Below, in pieces: positions 37,301-40,596 of a stretch of DNA of 64,000 nucleotides. The notes below the pieces were generated by a model, which was not told the DNA's origin, searched no databases, and worked only from the letters and a program-made list of their open reading frames with translations. The position numbers and the translations under genes are program-made. This DNA is from an uncultured Candidatus Saccharibacteria bacterium (GTDB lineage Bacteria; Patescibacteriota; Minisyncoccia; Phycocordibacterales; UBA918). Within the stretch, counting starts at the first letter, position 1. Each line of letters opens with the position of its first letter. Where the stretch lies: contig CAZKFF010000004.1 of the NCBI GenBank assembly GCA_964552045.1, forward strand, positions 20,368 through 84,367. The letters are read 5' to 3'.

Positions 37301-38375
37301 TCTTCTCTATGGGTTCCTCAGGCGAAGTCAGCGCCTCCTCGGTCTGAAGCGGTACCTCTTCCATAGATGGCTCAACAGATTCCGGCTCTTGCAGCATAGG
37401 GTCAGAAGCCGGAATTTCAGACGCCGCTTCACTCTCTGGTTCAGGTTCAGGTTCCTGCGCAGGTTCAGGTTCCTGCGTCTGTTCAACTGTTGGTTCCAGT
37501 TCTGCTTCGGGCTGTGCTTCCGCTTGCACGACTGCTGCTACCTCTTCTACCTCCGCATCATTCATGAATGGGAAAAATTCCGTTACCGTTCCGAGGAATG
37601 CAAACAGCGTCTCTGTTGCTTTTTTCAGCACTACGGGCTGCGACGTTTCATCAGCAGGAGCGGGAGTTTCTTCAGTCTCTGGTTCAGGTTCAGGTTCCTG
37701 CGCAGGTTCCGGCGTCTGTTCAACTGTTGGTTCCAGTTCTGCTTCGGGCTGTGCTTCCAGCTCTAGTGCCGCCGGTTCTTCTATCTGCACAGGCGAGTTC
37801 GTCGCCGCAGGCTCAGAAACCGGTTCCACAGTTGGAGTTGCTGTCTCGGCTGATGTGGTTGCAGTTGTCGTTGCGGTCGATTCTCCGGATGAGGATGCGC
37901 CGTTCGGAGGAGTCATCTCGGACTGTGCATCCTTCTGTGCCGCTTCGTCGGAAGGTAGCGGCACATGCGCGGAATTGTGCCGGGTGAATTCTTGGTACAG
38001 CGCCTCTTCATCAAGATCAGGAGAAAGCACCTGCTCGACATCGGTCCAAGTGCTGTTTGTCACTGAACCCGGATAGATATGCAGGGTGTTTTTAACGCCG
38101 AGCTGCGTGTCTCTGTCCTCCGCCTGAGAATATGCGCGATCAATGCTTAGACCACCGATTGCGATAACAAGCAAGAGGAGAAGTGCGCGAGATATGACCG
38201 TCTTCCACACTGATGAGAGATGTAGTTTTGTCGTTCCATGAGAAGGCTTCCCATTCTGAGAAACAACAAAACGCCCTGCAAAAGATTCCAGCGCTCTAAA
38301 TATGAATATATTAAATTCCCTCCTTGTTTTTTTTGAGAAAAATCTCATCGAGAACAAGCAGCAAAACACCCCCAA
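19323..38375 (-). CDS. Giant (6,350 aa) membrane-anchored modular surface protein. Residue numbers and approximate coordinates follow.
- N-terminal TM anchor: aa 61-78.
- Acidic Pro/Glu tandem linker.
- Phage tail-collar-like HxH repeat region: aa ~990-1320 (34416..35408).
- LQYG/YCFRMV domain: aa ~1380-1505.
- Two tandem FN3-like units: aa 1506-1906.
- WxGxxW 8-repeat propeller-like region: aa ~1940-2330.
- DUF2341-like modules: aa ~2640-2745, ~3660-3765, ~5596-5705.
- LamG/concanavalin-like modules.
- Three copies of a ~550-aa parallel beta-helix module: aa ~3140-3660, ~4180-4790, ~5040-5560.
- C-terminal ~260-aa Cys-containing shared domain: aa ~6085-6350 (19323..20123).
   Basis: Single uninterrupted ORF; residue count verified at 6350. 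The listed start is TTG (an in-frame ATG lies at 38348). Motif evidence:
- DUF2341 signatures (W..R.P.TI......T.FPV.V.L......DIR.T..DG.T.LP.EI.......A.IYF......S...TFYIYYGN) occur three times.
- LamG signature (...W.IFLDADG...FDG.MDEVRLS).
- Tail-collar-like HTHTATG...THSHLY, SNTHTHNITG, DNHAHSVS, SATHTHADIFG, GAHTHLVD...PPYLTVIY. Confidence 0.8.
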   Translation of the reverse strand: MGVFCCLFSMRFFSKKTRREFNIFIFRALESFAGRFVVSQNGKPSHGTTKLHLSSVWKTVISRALLLLLVIAIGGLSIDRAYSQAEDRDTQLGVKNTLHIYPGSVTNSTWTDVEQVLSPDLDEEALYQEFTRHNSAHVPLPSDEAAQKDAQSEMTPPNGASSSGESTATTTATTSAETATPTVEPVSEPAATNSPVQIEEPAALELEAQPEAELEPTVEQTPEPAQEPEPEPETEETPAPADETSQPVVLKKATETLFAFLGTVTEFFPFMNDAEVEEVAAVVQAEAQPEAELEPTVEQTQEPEPAQEPEPEPESEAASEIPASDPMLQEPESVEPSMEEVPLQTEEALTSPEEPIEKTPNTLQATSTEETISQDQATTTGDVLEESEAPAEPPSQYVFTLSDFSAPELKRGEFITGMQLRMSLAAQYEPKASSSAPVLEINYKTPSSTQQVGTIVIDGEVSNALNGGYFLFALPQIASIAELNDVEVEVVYKGDTEQLGGVYIDTAWLQIEVEHLDKELLHARLVRDLLRRLSDPSMHTLMSEDIDFTREELPHFSLKYTSQRNLAVRFFRDLFGRKLAEVEAVSFVHKDIGDVGITPEVSITDEGIINIQLEEEDRERLRPGEYLVEITINEGGATYTDTFSFQWGLLSINSNQTAYELGDTVEISMGALSQNGNTICDAALSLYIIDPQEVLSKVPVQASGLCNGNNVVDVPDYAAVFTPEVAGEHEMYLERIDADGTIAAHTIDTFMVEENLPFVLERKGPSRVYPLEQYPMEITLTAQEAWEGTLIEQVPSSFVITKTDAAISTKHDVQELSWDVSLEAGVSQSFAYTFDAPDISPYLYTVGSARLEGELPESMRTADETASSTATTTPASSPMPAGESTTTPSELPDLFEAGATTSAPLPVVETPQDTEQGTEEVPAAGMPQDTQGEEVPETSDALTEPEAEQSATTAPEIGSGAIPAPVLSEPQPMESVAATNMNSVVFEEHRQWQIASDATGNLIVFWNSGAAIPAGWTCLSCGSGTFYQRFPMGGDTYNTTGGATTHTHTATGVVNSSNTTNTENNGSGEISIPTHSHLYTPNISTVSNLPAYRQFRVIQSNSAGDPATIPAGAIMMFDDASLPTGWTRLSALDGRYPRGENSIANGGSNTHTHNITGNTTAASNVSTLNSRFGGSQVTGAADNHAHSVSSNTASINSEPPFIEVIFATAGIATSTPQGAIAMWSDEPPAQWIDRSSSPSDPFNGRFVKGATSYGTTGGSATHTHADIFGIVSSDATITDNARSGSSGNSGAHTHLVDVTNFSTANNLPPYLTVIYGKKLGAVPVYTQTGYLFYANENANTPSDPYPAGAADLLENEPITSEDEPLASGDALRIRMQLQVTNSTSTADSFKLQYGTTTALCTDISVWSDVGSATSSAAWRGYENAGVNDGDTLASATLASTTVLATYEENNPTASVPNPIGVDDYGEWDFVVQQNNAEAGTIYCFRMVQQDGTPLFAYSEYPQVMTNQAPNAPDLFKLFDNEKIGTTTPNFEFSAADEETDDLEYQIQIDNDYDFSSAVVDHNTVSNATLFQNLATPADKDPFTNGELIRYNSATALNNGTTYYWRVRARDPNGSNTWGSWATIQSFTVDTSVTVSTWFQTTQEQFETNTLLNVEAAVSDQMQILSPFATGTVYSDPITFEEGELGTAWGDFVFADTETSSDVKYSIQYNDNDTWTDIPDADLPGNSTGFDTSPVSLLGVDKTVYAEIRIAADLTDSGASPSIQSWSVDWDYLIETPTISEPFANEKVSTTTPTFEFTTTDPQDNDLIYQLQWSTSYDFSAPTTRTSDTNTGFTNVDSGADTSPFSSGDSIRFEVQAGDALSNGTTYWWRVRARDPLGSNTYSFYTTPRSFTVDTSVTVSTWFQTTQSQFDNNLLSGLYTQSGDTVTVATTSDESIVVYAEGTVTTPRYRRWSGTAWSTESSALNVGATINWIVTRSSPIENEYITGTLGSDGDVNLQVFKNGAWGNLEEISTSISNVDMRGFDIAYETNSGDAVAVACDGNADPSYHIWNGTSWSDEGDIDRTGTNACGWVRLISDPDSDEIIAIVRDILGSDYEAMVWDGSSWGNFVTWGAMSEDINEGIAASYEESGDQAVVAVSNGGAASFSWRAWNGSSWTGAASVALGDDFEWGSIAADVGSDDMALCYIDNDNDIGVVPWTGSGWTGRTELDTAGNSKTSRAVDCMFEVGGANDGEIMLAYSDTTAVRYRTYDGGWSGEATIAAISDASTVQLQRTGAQLIQLLAYDDVNDRYDYSGWNGTSWTTRQTLESNGSVGAAPFKEPFMIAVQNPGSSGTIIGQPLIDFNEGSGPYWQQMSWTDTTLDGSDILYQIEYYDGDSWELVPDSLLPGNSSGTSTGPIDLSGVLPASTYGQIRPVANLICNIGTCPVFSDWTITWAAGITVSGTALQYDEATNVASGNVAIAVNGVLQTGKTGTISNGTWSIANVNVAQGDVVTVFIDGASDSSEAVAVTAYDGVGNMSGLDLYAGHLVVGSDDAATVSNASLGLYDLTNDEDLFFDVNASNDLSVCASSGCAETELYIKAGNTYQPGTGGNATTFSFENNGTVSANGNTLRVGGSWENNATTNMATSTVIFTATSTQSSVPWYDAQWSHRLPLTIQSSQIDTSVTDFPVYVDLSDLDSTFFSNVNTNGGDIRITTADGQTELPREIVSIDTGAQTGEIYFQADSLSSAGDTTFYIYYGNSSASDYASNATNGSENVWNNDYEAVYHFDESPSASAPQYADSTGNSSGTAVNMEAGDRVAGIAGGAAEVDGVDERIETNFSQSLLNSTWSIFLDADGTQGACDGVMFSRGTGVNGMNAGACTDTSRIGYHWENLAATAWDFAGGAVYPTNEWYMASLVVEPTQATLYAHAQGGVTSGSNVQTHTLSTINNLDFGWDSFGVARSFDGTMDEVRLSSVSRTADWLDAEYRNISSPGTFYAVSASESFASSTSGLPYTLTDADGTLDFYTVTFGEGSGTSEWEIADSLDVDNALTVAYGTLARGSETITVAGNVTTQANGLWTGVGTTTFDGTGIATWSDNSTPKQNIGYAVVNGVSKVVQLGSNVEASSVTIGSDDTFDLSTSNRDIVVYGNWVNNNTFNPRNGDVTFSGTQPGQIVTAGGDNFYNLIFNGSGGSWSFTESTLGINNDLSIATGTVTFPTGTTTIAGSFTNSGGSFAHNNGSVLFNSSTAETLTFNGGTFTNALYDVRFQGSGSWSFTEAHATTSNEFRIVQGTVTLPSASLAVGGSFLNTGGTFAHNNGTVRLTGSGTHSIDTNAPFNSLAFTGSGSWSFVDASVTAQGSLTVTAGTVTLPSGTLTLGGSLSNSATLVHNSGTVLFNSNDAGETIVLGSSPLYNVTFNSGTGGWSINGNATTTNDFTLASAGVFTLASGQTLSVSGTFTNSAGGSATTWTGSTLALGGGSFALNTKTAGADGYGTLRVASTTHVSMWNSSSTAYTVDGSLYSQDHSGVDGDLYIWGSYERASGTEHWSYATDFDGTSLAGGSERQADIAFAAGSSATFSGGSLNILGTASATTTIHNQGSGSYALTVSGGTVNADHYQVRNTDASGFAFLGTPSITSLANGDFDLTVPASSISVAASVIDANPALQILNVRFGSAASSSPWLDPWDYRKSHVVQSASGAGTDYPIMMTIHYGSGTDSGDDVYLGSKGSADFSDLRFTSDDGQTLLPYWIESQTDGDQAVVWVNVSADLSSSDATIYVYYGNNSASSQSDGEATFTFFDDFSGASLDTSKWQTFNIDSYSQSNGILTATTTAKDPAKIIASEGGSGETGNNLAFRARFRPRVGANNDQRVGLSIKTSTANGQGYNYLLHNFSSFTPRAFLDDLVAWGPTHSEPWTLGTWYTEEIYHDGTSVLGRFDDGTWNSWARTGRTGYFALNTGGLSETVSNDWDFALIRKIVATEPSHGTWGSEESVNAFIPYNVSASGSPTSYWWFRQTSGDFDGEAFDDDTGDPGSIRWDDSSVALTLSGTVYADNGATPLTGGTCDGVSTPVRIVVEDGSTYDTSCSNVDGSWSMSGVAIVGDPTVTVFLNGASGGETAVTVTKTPTEDIGDLDLYAHRVITRHEDTASMTIADMVHDSTFDSDIIFTVATGTEPLLTVAPDNALFVWASTTFTPGGTVTLQSGGTGTDYDGSLYLANGASFIGNGTTTYTIGGTFTQSAGAVFSAASSSVLMSATTTGKAIDVALGETATFNQLRFSGIGGGWNINGDIAALDDIEVATGTVTGTGDISIPNGSFFGEGLVSLGGGTTTLEQSNTLGGSQGWTLYNLQLGNGTTIGTTTPAGTATTTIGGTLFIAVGHYLDAGASRFDLSGTGTVFVENGTFLEDQSTVRYSGGSATNLLSTTYYDLDLNAGAGAPTYTATGLGILVLHDLTVGGESATAATFDTHDTALGVNGDVVIRSNGTLIGSNSGLFTVAGSWDNDGTYTSSNGTVTFNGSGAINIAAGTSPFGNLTVNGGGNFTISEHATTTGAFMLASSTGAFTLASGQSLALGGSFTNALGGAATTWTGSTLRFVSGTNYEINAKTISDTYENFAVGTNTDIRMWNSSASAYVVDASGSLYSQDHAGVDGDLFIYGNYGGNGGTDHWSYATDFDGAVLGGGTERQAHVRFESGAGMNLLSGGLQVLGSASASTSIENQGSGTYSLLIGGSASTSWSYYAVEDINSAGLTFSGAPHVVTLSHGDFEIAQAGGSGITVGGTVIDINPAQTFTNNNFSTTTGISAFNVTATGTSVSSWRFTNHTGSLDGEEHDVDPDGDPGYIVWDNSAANITIAGNVYSDEGTTVSGVCDGTTNNITVRVAGLTSYAASCNATTGAYSVSGVTYSPGDSIVAYIDGETQKGATVTEDPVSNIGNMHIYENRVIVRHEGTDPLNIADMAVWDSSDDADIPFTAIDGSPDTLVLPANRKLIVWSGKEFEPDGNITLQGGGAGAAYDGTFEAYANAIVSFSGAQEHSIGGSFILGSNASFDAGLSTTTFTTTGAARTIDANSESFYNTVFSGSGSWSITDATFDVQNIFITDGVLTFPTGTTTVSGSFSNNGGSFVINGSTLVFDAATTGNILRAGGSNLEELIFNGVGGAWTMTDANATTTGSVTVQAGTLTLPSGAFAVGGDFRNTGGDIVHNTADLYFTNDTGASLLASSSDLYAVIFSGAGTFTMEDESLSLLDDLRIAQGSVLFASSTLAIGGSFDASGGLFDSATGTVLFNSADAGETIDPGNSNFYNVVLANAGGGWAITGNATATHNFSLSLASSFTQQSGTRLYVGNVFTNNVGGGATTWSGATLILDAGAGYSINTKLSDGDQYGTLIVGDDTDIRVWNSSADTTTVQPSASLYSQDHGGSDGALTIYGDFHVSTTTEYWSYATDFDGASLAGIERAVTVSIAGNATTTVDGGTLYMIGASGNSTTVQNQGSGTYAFAVSDGTFNALYYRYRDLNAEGLLFSGTPFITSLSQGDFELAVSGGSLITLSSATLDANASKVISGNRFATTTAITGTNVTLIGTTTNAWAFVSHTGNLAGEDYDDDGATACGSIRWNDSSCLLTQQTHYRWRHDDGGVDVPDSEWFNASWGARKRVRLENPDAATYTDAAVKLSVAYDAAMQGDFDDLRFTDASGTTTIPHFIERYTASADADIWVQVPSLAAEDITTLYMYFDNATASSTSSSADAFIAADDFEDGNITEYSGDTSLFNVGSSFAYGGSFGLDATAHESDKATDGIADTGLTVSQGQIIRYMQYVDTDAGNGDEVCTLFGVQSPVTSNQNYAICLEQFGVDRMSIVENAQNTDSSGTVLASSTVDFPTLGSGWYEVEIDWQTGGDMDVTLSKDGATAATASASDNTYTSGGIGFTFWFQNGGWDNYSARPHVDTEPTVYFGDKQVSGGASWAADLDESYAYTHGDIARLRVAVENSGLQITGQTFDIEYATKGAAPSCEAVSSASYAIVPPQSSCGSSPLCMQASSHLTDNGATTDLLFEVDGQFTSGKVVEDPSNTTAALTIDQDEYTELEYALTPTINASAPSYCLRVTDASDPLDTYLSVAELELRFDPIVTNVSLNGGAAIALVPGSTTTVYTTGTVTDLNGFDDLTHATATMYRSGVGAACTPDNNNCYVSAAPLCELSGCSGNSCSISCSADFYFHADATDAGSAYEGEEWLAAVEVSDQGGGIDIGSTPTTTQIELLTLHALDVDAAINYGPLAVSSTTGSYNPTTTVQNLGNVPIDIELEGTDLTDGGSSFIPASEQLFATSTFTYTACTSCSALSSTTATDLEVDLTKPTSSSSPVTDVVYWGIEIPYGVASNPHQGTNIFYAIGD
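32658..33859 (-). repeat. Internal tandem duplication (~810-bp period, two units) encoding FN3-like/ending-in-SFTVDTSVTVSTWFQTTQ modules of the giant protein.
   Basis: Protein residues 1506-1646 and 1776-1906 align. The DNA blocks ...gtctggaaccaggtagagaccgtaac.gacgt.tccaccgtgaagct... recur at ~32650-32710 and ~33440-33500. Confidence 0.65.
37437..37760 (-). repeat. Two ~80-bp copies (37437..37523 and 37680..37760) of an imperfect tandem DNA duplication with ~240-bp period, encoding the acidic linker AQPEAELEPTVEQT[PQ]EP..AQEPEPEPE inside the giant gene.
   Basis: Near-identical DNA blocks ggttcaggttcaggttcctgcgcaggttc...tgttcaactgttggttccagttctgcttcgggctgtgcttcc at ~37437-37523 and ~37680-37760. 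Confidence 0.7.
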
Positions 38376-38386
38376 TGAGCGTGCAT

Positions 38387-38433
38387 CGCTATAACAAATT
38401 ATAGCGCGTTAAACCTTGGTTTAACGCGCTATA
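38387..38433. promoter_or_regulatory. Palindromic array in the 78-bp gap upstream of the giant gene: cgctata-acaaat-tatagcg (7-bp stem hairpin) overlapping a 34-bp near-perfect palindrome tatagcgcgttaaacc-tt-ggtttaacgcgctata. Three TATAGCG/CGCTATA half-sites. Candidate operator and/or bidirectional terminator for 38454..40004.
   Basis: Read directly from the sequence at 38387-38433. Position between the stop of the cohesin gene and the start of the giant gene. Confidence 0.35.
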
Positions 38434-38453
38434 CTGTGGATTCAAATCCTCTT

Positions 38454-40004
38454 CTATTTCAATATTTTCTTCACATCATTGATCTCCTTTTCGATGAGTG
38501 TTTCAGAGACCTCGAGCGCCTGATTGAGTCCCTCGACAGCCTCCTTTTCCTTGGCAGAAAGACGCGGCCGTTTGGTGATGTTATTCACCTGATCGTAGAT
38601 CTCATCGCGCAGCGCAGAGAATATTTTTTCCATCTGATCCTGTATCTCGCGGGTCTCTTTGCGGAGCCGTTCCTCCTTCTTACTGAACTGCTTACGTTCA
38701 AAGATGAGGTAACCGAACTGCAGAAGTATGGTAAGGATAAGCAGTCCTATCAGAATGTTCGTACCAGTGAGAAATGACCAGAAGCTCACTTCTTCAACAG
38801 TCTCCGCTGGCTTGACCCATCCTGCGGTGATCAGAACCGGCGATGAGCTCTCTGTCTTATTGCCCGCCTTATCGAAAGCGATCACCTTCACTGTGTATGT
38901 GCCGTCCTCAAGCTCCTTGAGCATGTAGCCGAGTTTTGCTTCGTCCGGCGTGACAACTACCGGTTCTTTGTCCGCAACAGTGAGCTCGTAATGATCAATG
39001 CCCGAAGTCACATCTTTTGCTTCAAATACCAGAAGTGGGAATGAGGAAGGCGAGGTGCCTGCCTGAATATGAATGGCAAACGGTTCAGGTGCTGTCGTGT
39101 CGATCTGGATCTTGCGGTTGGTAATTGCGCCCCAGCCTACCTGATTCTTGAATTGCACGCTGAGATACTGAACGCCGTCTGCAAGATTCTCAGCACTGAC
39201 AACAAACTCCTCTACAGGCGGGTCGATGATCGTGCTCGGTTCGTTTTCCGAAGATGTCGCGATCTCGGCGGCGAGCGCATTGACATCGAACGGCAGTTCC
39301 CAGGTGAACACTCCGTCAACTTTGTTGTACCACAGTTCGGGGTCAAGGAAGGTGACCGATCCAACCTCAGGAGCACGAGGAGGATCGCCGAATGCCAATG
39401 CAGCATTATTGTCTTCGTCGGACGTCTCCGGTTCCGCAGTCTCTTCAGGCTCTTCCGCTGGTGTTGGTGTCTGCGTGGTTGCGGCCGCTACAGTAAAGCT
39501 CGCTCCATTCTTTCCTTCGAGCACATCGGTGCCGCGGCCGTCAGCTGCAAGTGCGGAAGCAGTGCCGAATGCTATAGCTCCCGTACCGTTTGACAGTGTT
39601 CTGAACGTTACAGTGAGCAGATTGGAGCGCGATGAGAACGGCGTCGGGCTACCGCCGCCGAATGAAATGGTTCCTGCAGTATTCGAAAATGTGGGTTCAG
39701 TGGTCCAGAGCGAAAAGACCGATCCGGTTTTGGACACGTTGACCACAGAAAGAACCGACTTATCGAAGGTCAGCTCTGCTTCAACCGCATTGACACTGTC
39801 GCCAGACGGATCAATCTGAATGGTCGTTGTGAACGTCTGCCCCACTGAGTAGGAGCCTGACGCGGGTGATATCTGCAGATTTGCAGCAAAAGCAGTACGC
39901 GTGAAAAGAAGCAGCAGTACGAGAAAAAGCGCCGCCTTGAGAGTAAGCAACAGCAATGGTATTCGATTTTCAAAAAATGAACTCTGGGTTGAAAGAACGC
40001 TCAT
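38454..40004 (-). CDS. Cohesin-like domain surface protein with a C-terminal TM anchor plus cytoplasmic coiled-coil tail (paralog of 6400..8160).
   Basis: 516 aa. Signal peptide (…FAANLQISP). Module SGSYSVGQTFTTTIQIDPSGDSVNAVEAELTFDKSVLSVVNVSKTGSVFSLWTTEPTFSNTAGTISFGGGSPT...GTGAIAFGTASALAADGRGTDVL. TM ILIGLLILTILLQFGYLIF, then KQFSKKEERLRKETREIQDQMEKI... coiled coil. Confidence 0.6.
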   Translation of the reverse strand: MSVLSTQSSFFENRIPLLLLTLKAALFLVLLLLFTRTAFAANLQISPASGSYSVGQTFTTTIQIDPSGDSVNAVEAELTFDKSVLSVVNVSKTGSVFSLWTTEPTFSNTAGTISFGGGSPTPFSSRSNLLTVTFRTLSNGTGAIAFGTASALAADGRGTDVLEGKNGASFTVAAATTQTPTPAEEPEETAEPETSDEDNNAALAFGDPPRAPEVGSVTFLDPELWYNKVDGVFTWELPFDVNALAAEIATSSENEPSTIIDPPVEEFVVSAENLADGVQYLSVQFKNQVGWGAITNRKIQIDTTAPEPFAIHIQAGTSPSSFPLLVFEAKDVTSGIDHYELTVADKEPVVVTPDEAKLGYMLKELEDGTYTVKVIAFDKAGNKTESSSPVLITAGWVKPAETVEEVSFWSFLTGTNILIGLLILTILLQFGYLIFERKQFSKKEERLRKETREIQDQMEKIFSALRDEIYDQVNNITKRPRLSAKEKEAVEGLNQALEVSETLIEKEINDVKKILK

Positions 40005-40030
40005 ACTCTCCTTTGCCTTACCACCTATTA

Positions 40031-40495
40031 TTACACACGCTGTGCTCCTTTCGCCTTCGTTATCTTCAGTTTGACCTTTTCTTTCTCCTCCGGTTTCAAA
40101 AGCGGAAGCACGAGGATCAGCACGCCGTTCTTTATCTTTGCGTCAGCATGCTCGATGTCGACGCTCTCAGGCAGAATTATCCTGCGGTAGAAATCACCCC
40201 ACACGCATTCTTCCGTGAAGAATGCACCGTCGGGTTTCTTCTTGGGAAAAGCGATGTGTTCAGGTCGCAGGCGGCGGCCTTCAATAAGCACAATATCGGC
40301 ATCACCTTCGATCGAGACCTGAATATCCGACATATCGGCACCGGCTGCATGTGCATACACGACGATGAGGTTGTCAGTCTGAAATACATCGACATCAAGC
40401 TGCACTATTTTGTTGAGCGCAGTTTCCTCATCGCTTGAGAGCAATTTTTCTTCTGAGCGGACACCTCTGCCTTTGAGTCGTTGCAAGAAGGACAT
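40031..40495 (-). CDS. Small heat-shock protein, Hsp20/alpha-crystallin family.
   Basis: Alpha-crystallin domain pattern DVFQTDNLIVVYAHAAG...DIQVSIEGDADIVLIEGRR...YRRIILPESVDIEHADAKIKNGVLILVLP. The track ORF extends to 40537, but the start is probably the MSFLQRLKG Met at 40495. Confidence 0.75.
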   Translation of the reverse strand: MSFLQRLKGRGVRSEEKLLSSDEETALNKIVQLDVDVFQTDNLIVVYAHAAGADMSDIQVSIEGDADIVLIEGRRLRPEHIAFPKKKPDGAFFTEECVWGDFYRRIILPESVDIEHADAKIKNGVLILVLPLLKPEEKEKVKLKITKAKGAQRV

Positions 40496-40596
40496 ATAAC
40501 AAATTATATAGCGTGCGTGAGCTTTATTATGTATCACTTACCCACAGCCACACCGATCCTGTCCGCAGGTATTCGAGCATGAGTCGGTCACGACCC

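Noticed and set aside
19936-37766. Dozens of plus-strand and alternate-frame minus-strand ORFs (up to ~300 aa, e.g. 35302..36228, 22573..23250) inside the giant gene.
   Set aside because: All are nested within the single 19-kb ORF. Their translations are Ala/Pro/Val/Ser/Arg-rich with no domain signatures. They are frame shadows of the Thr/Gly/Ser/Ala-rich giant protein.
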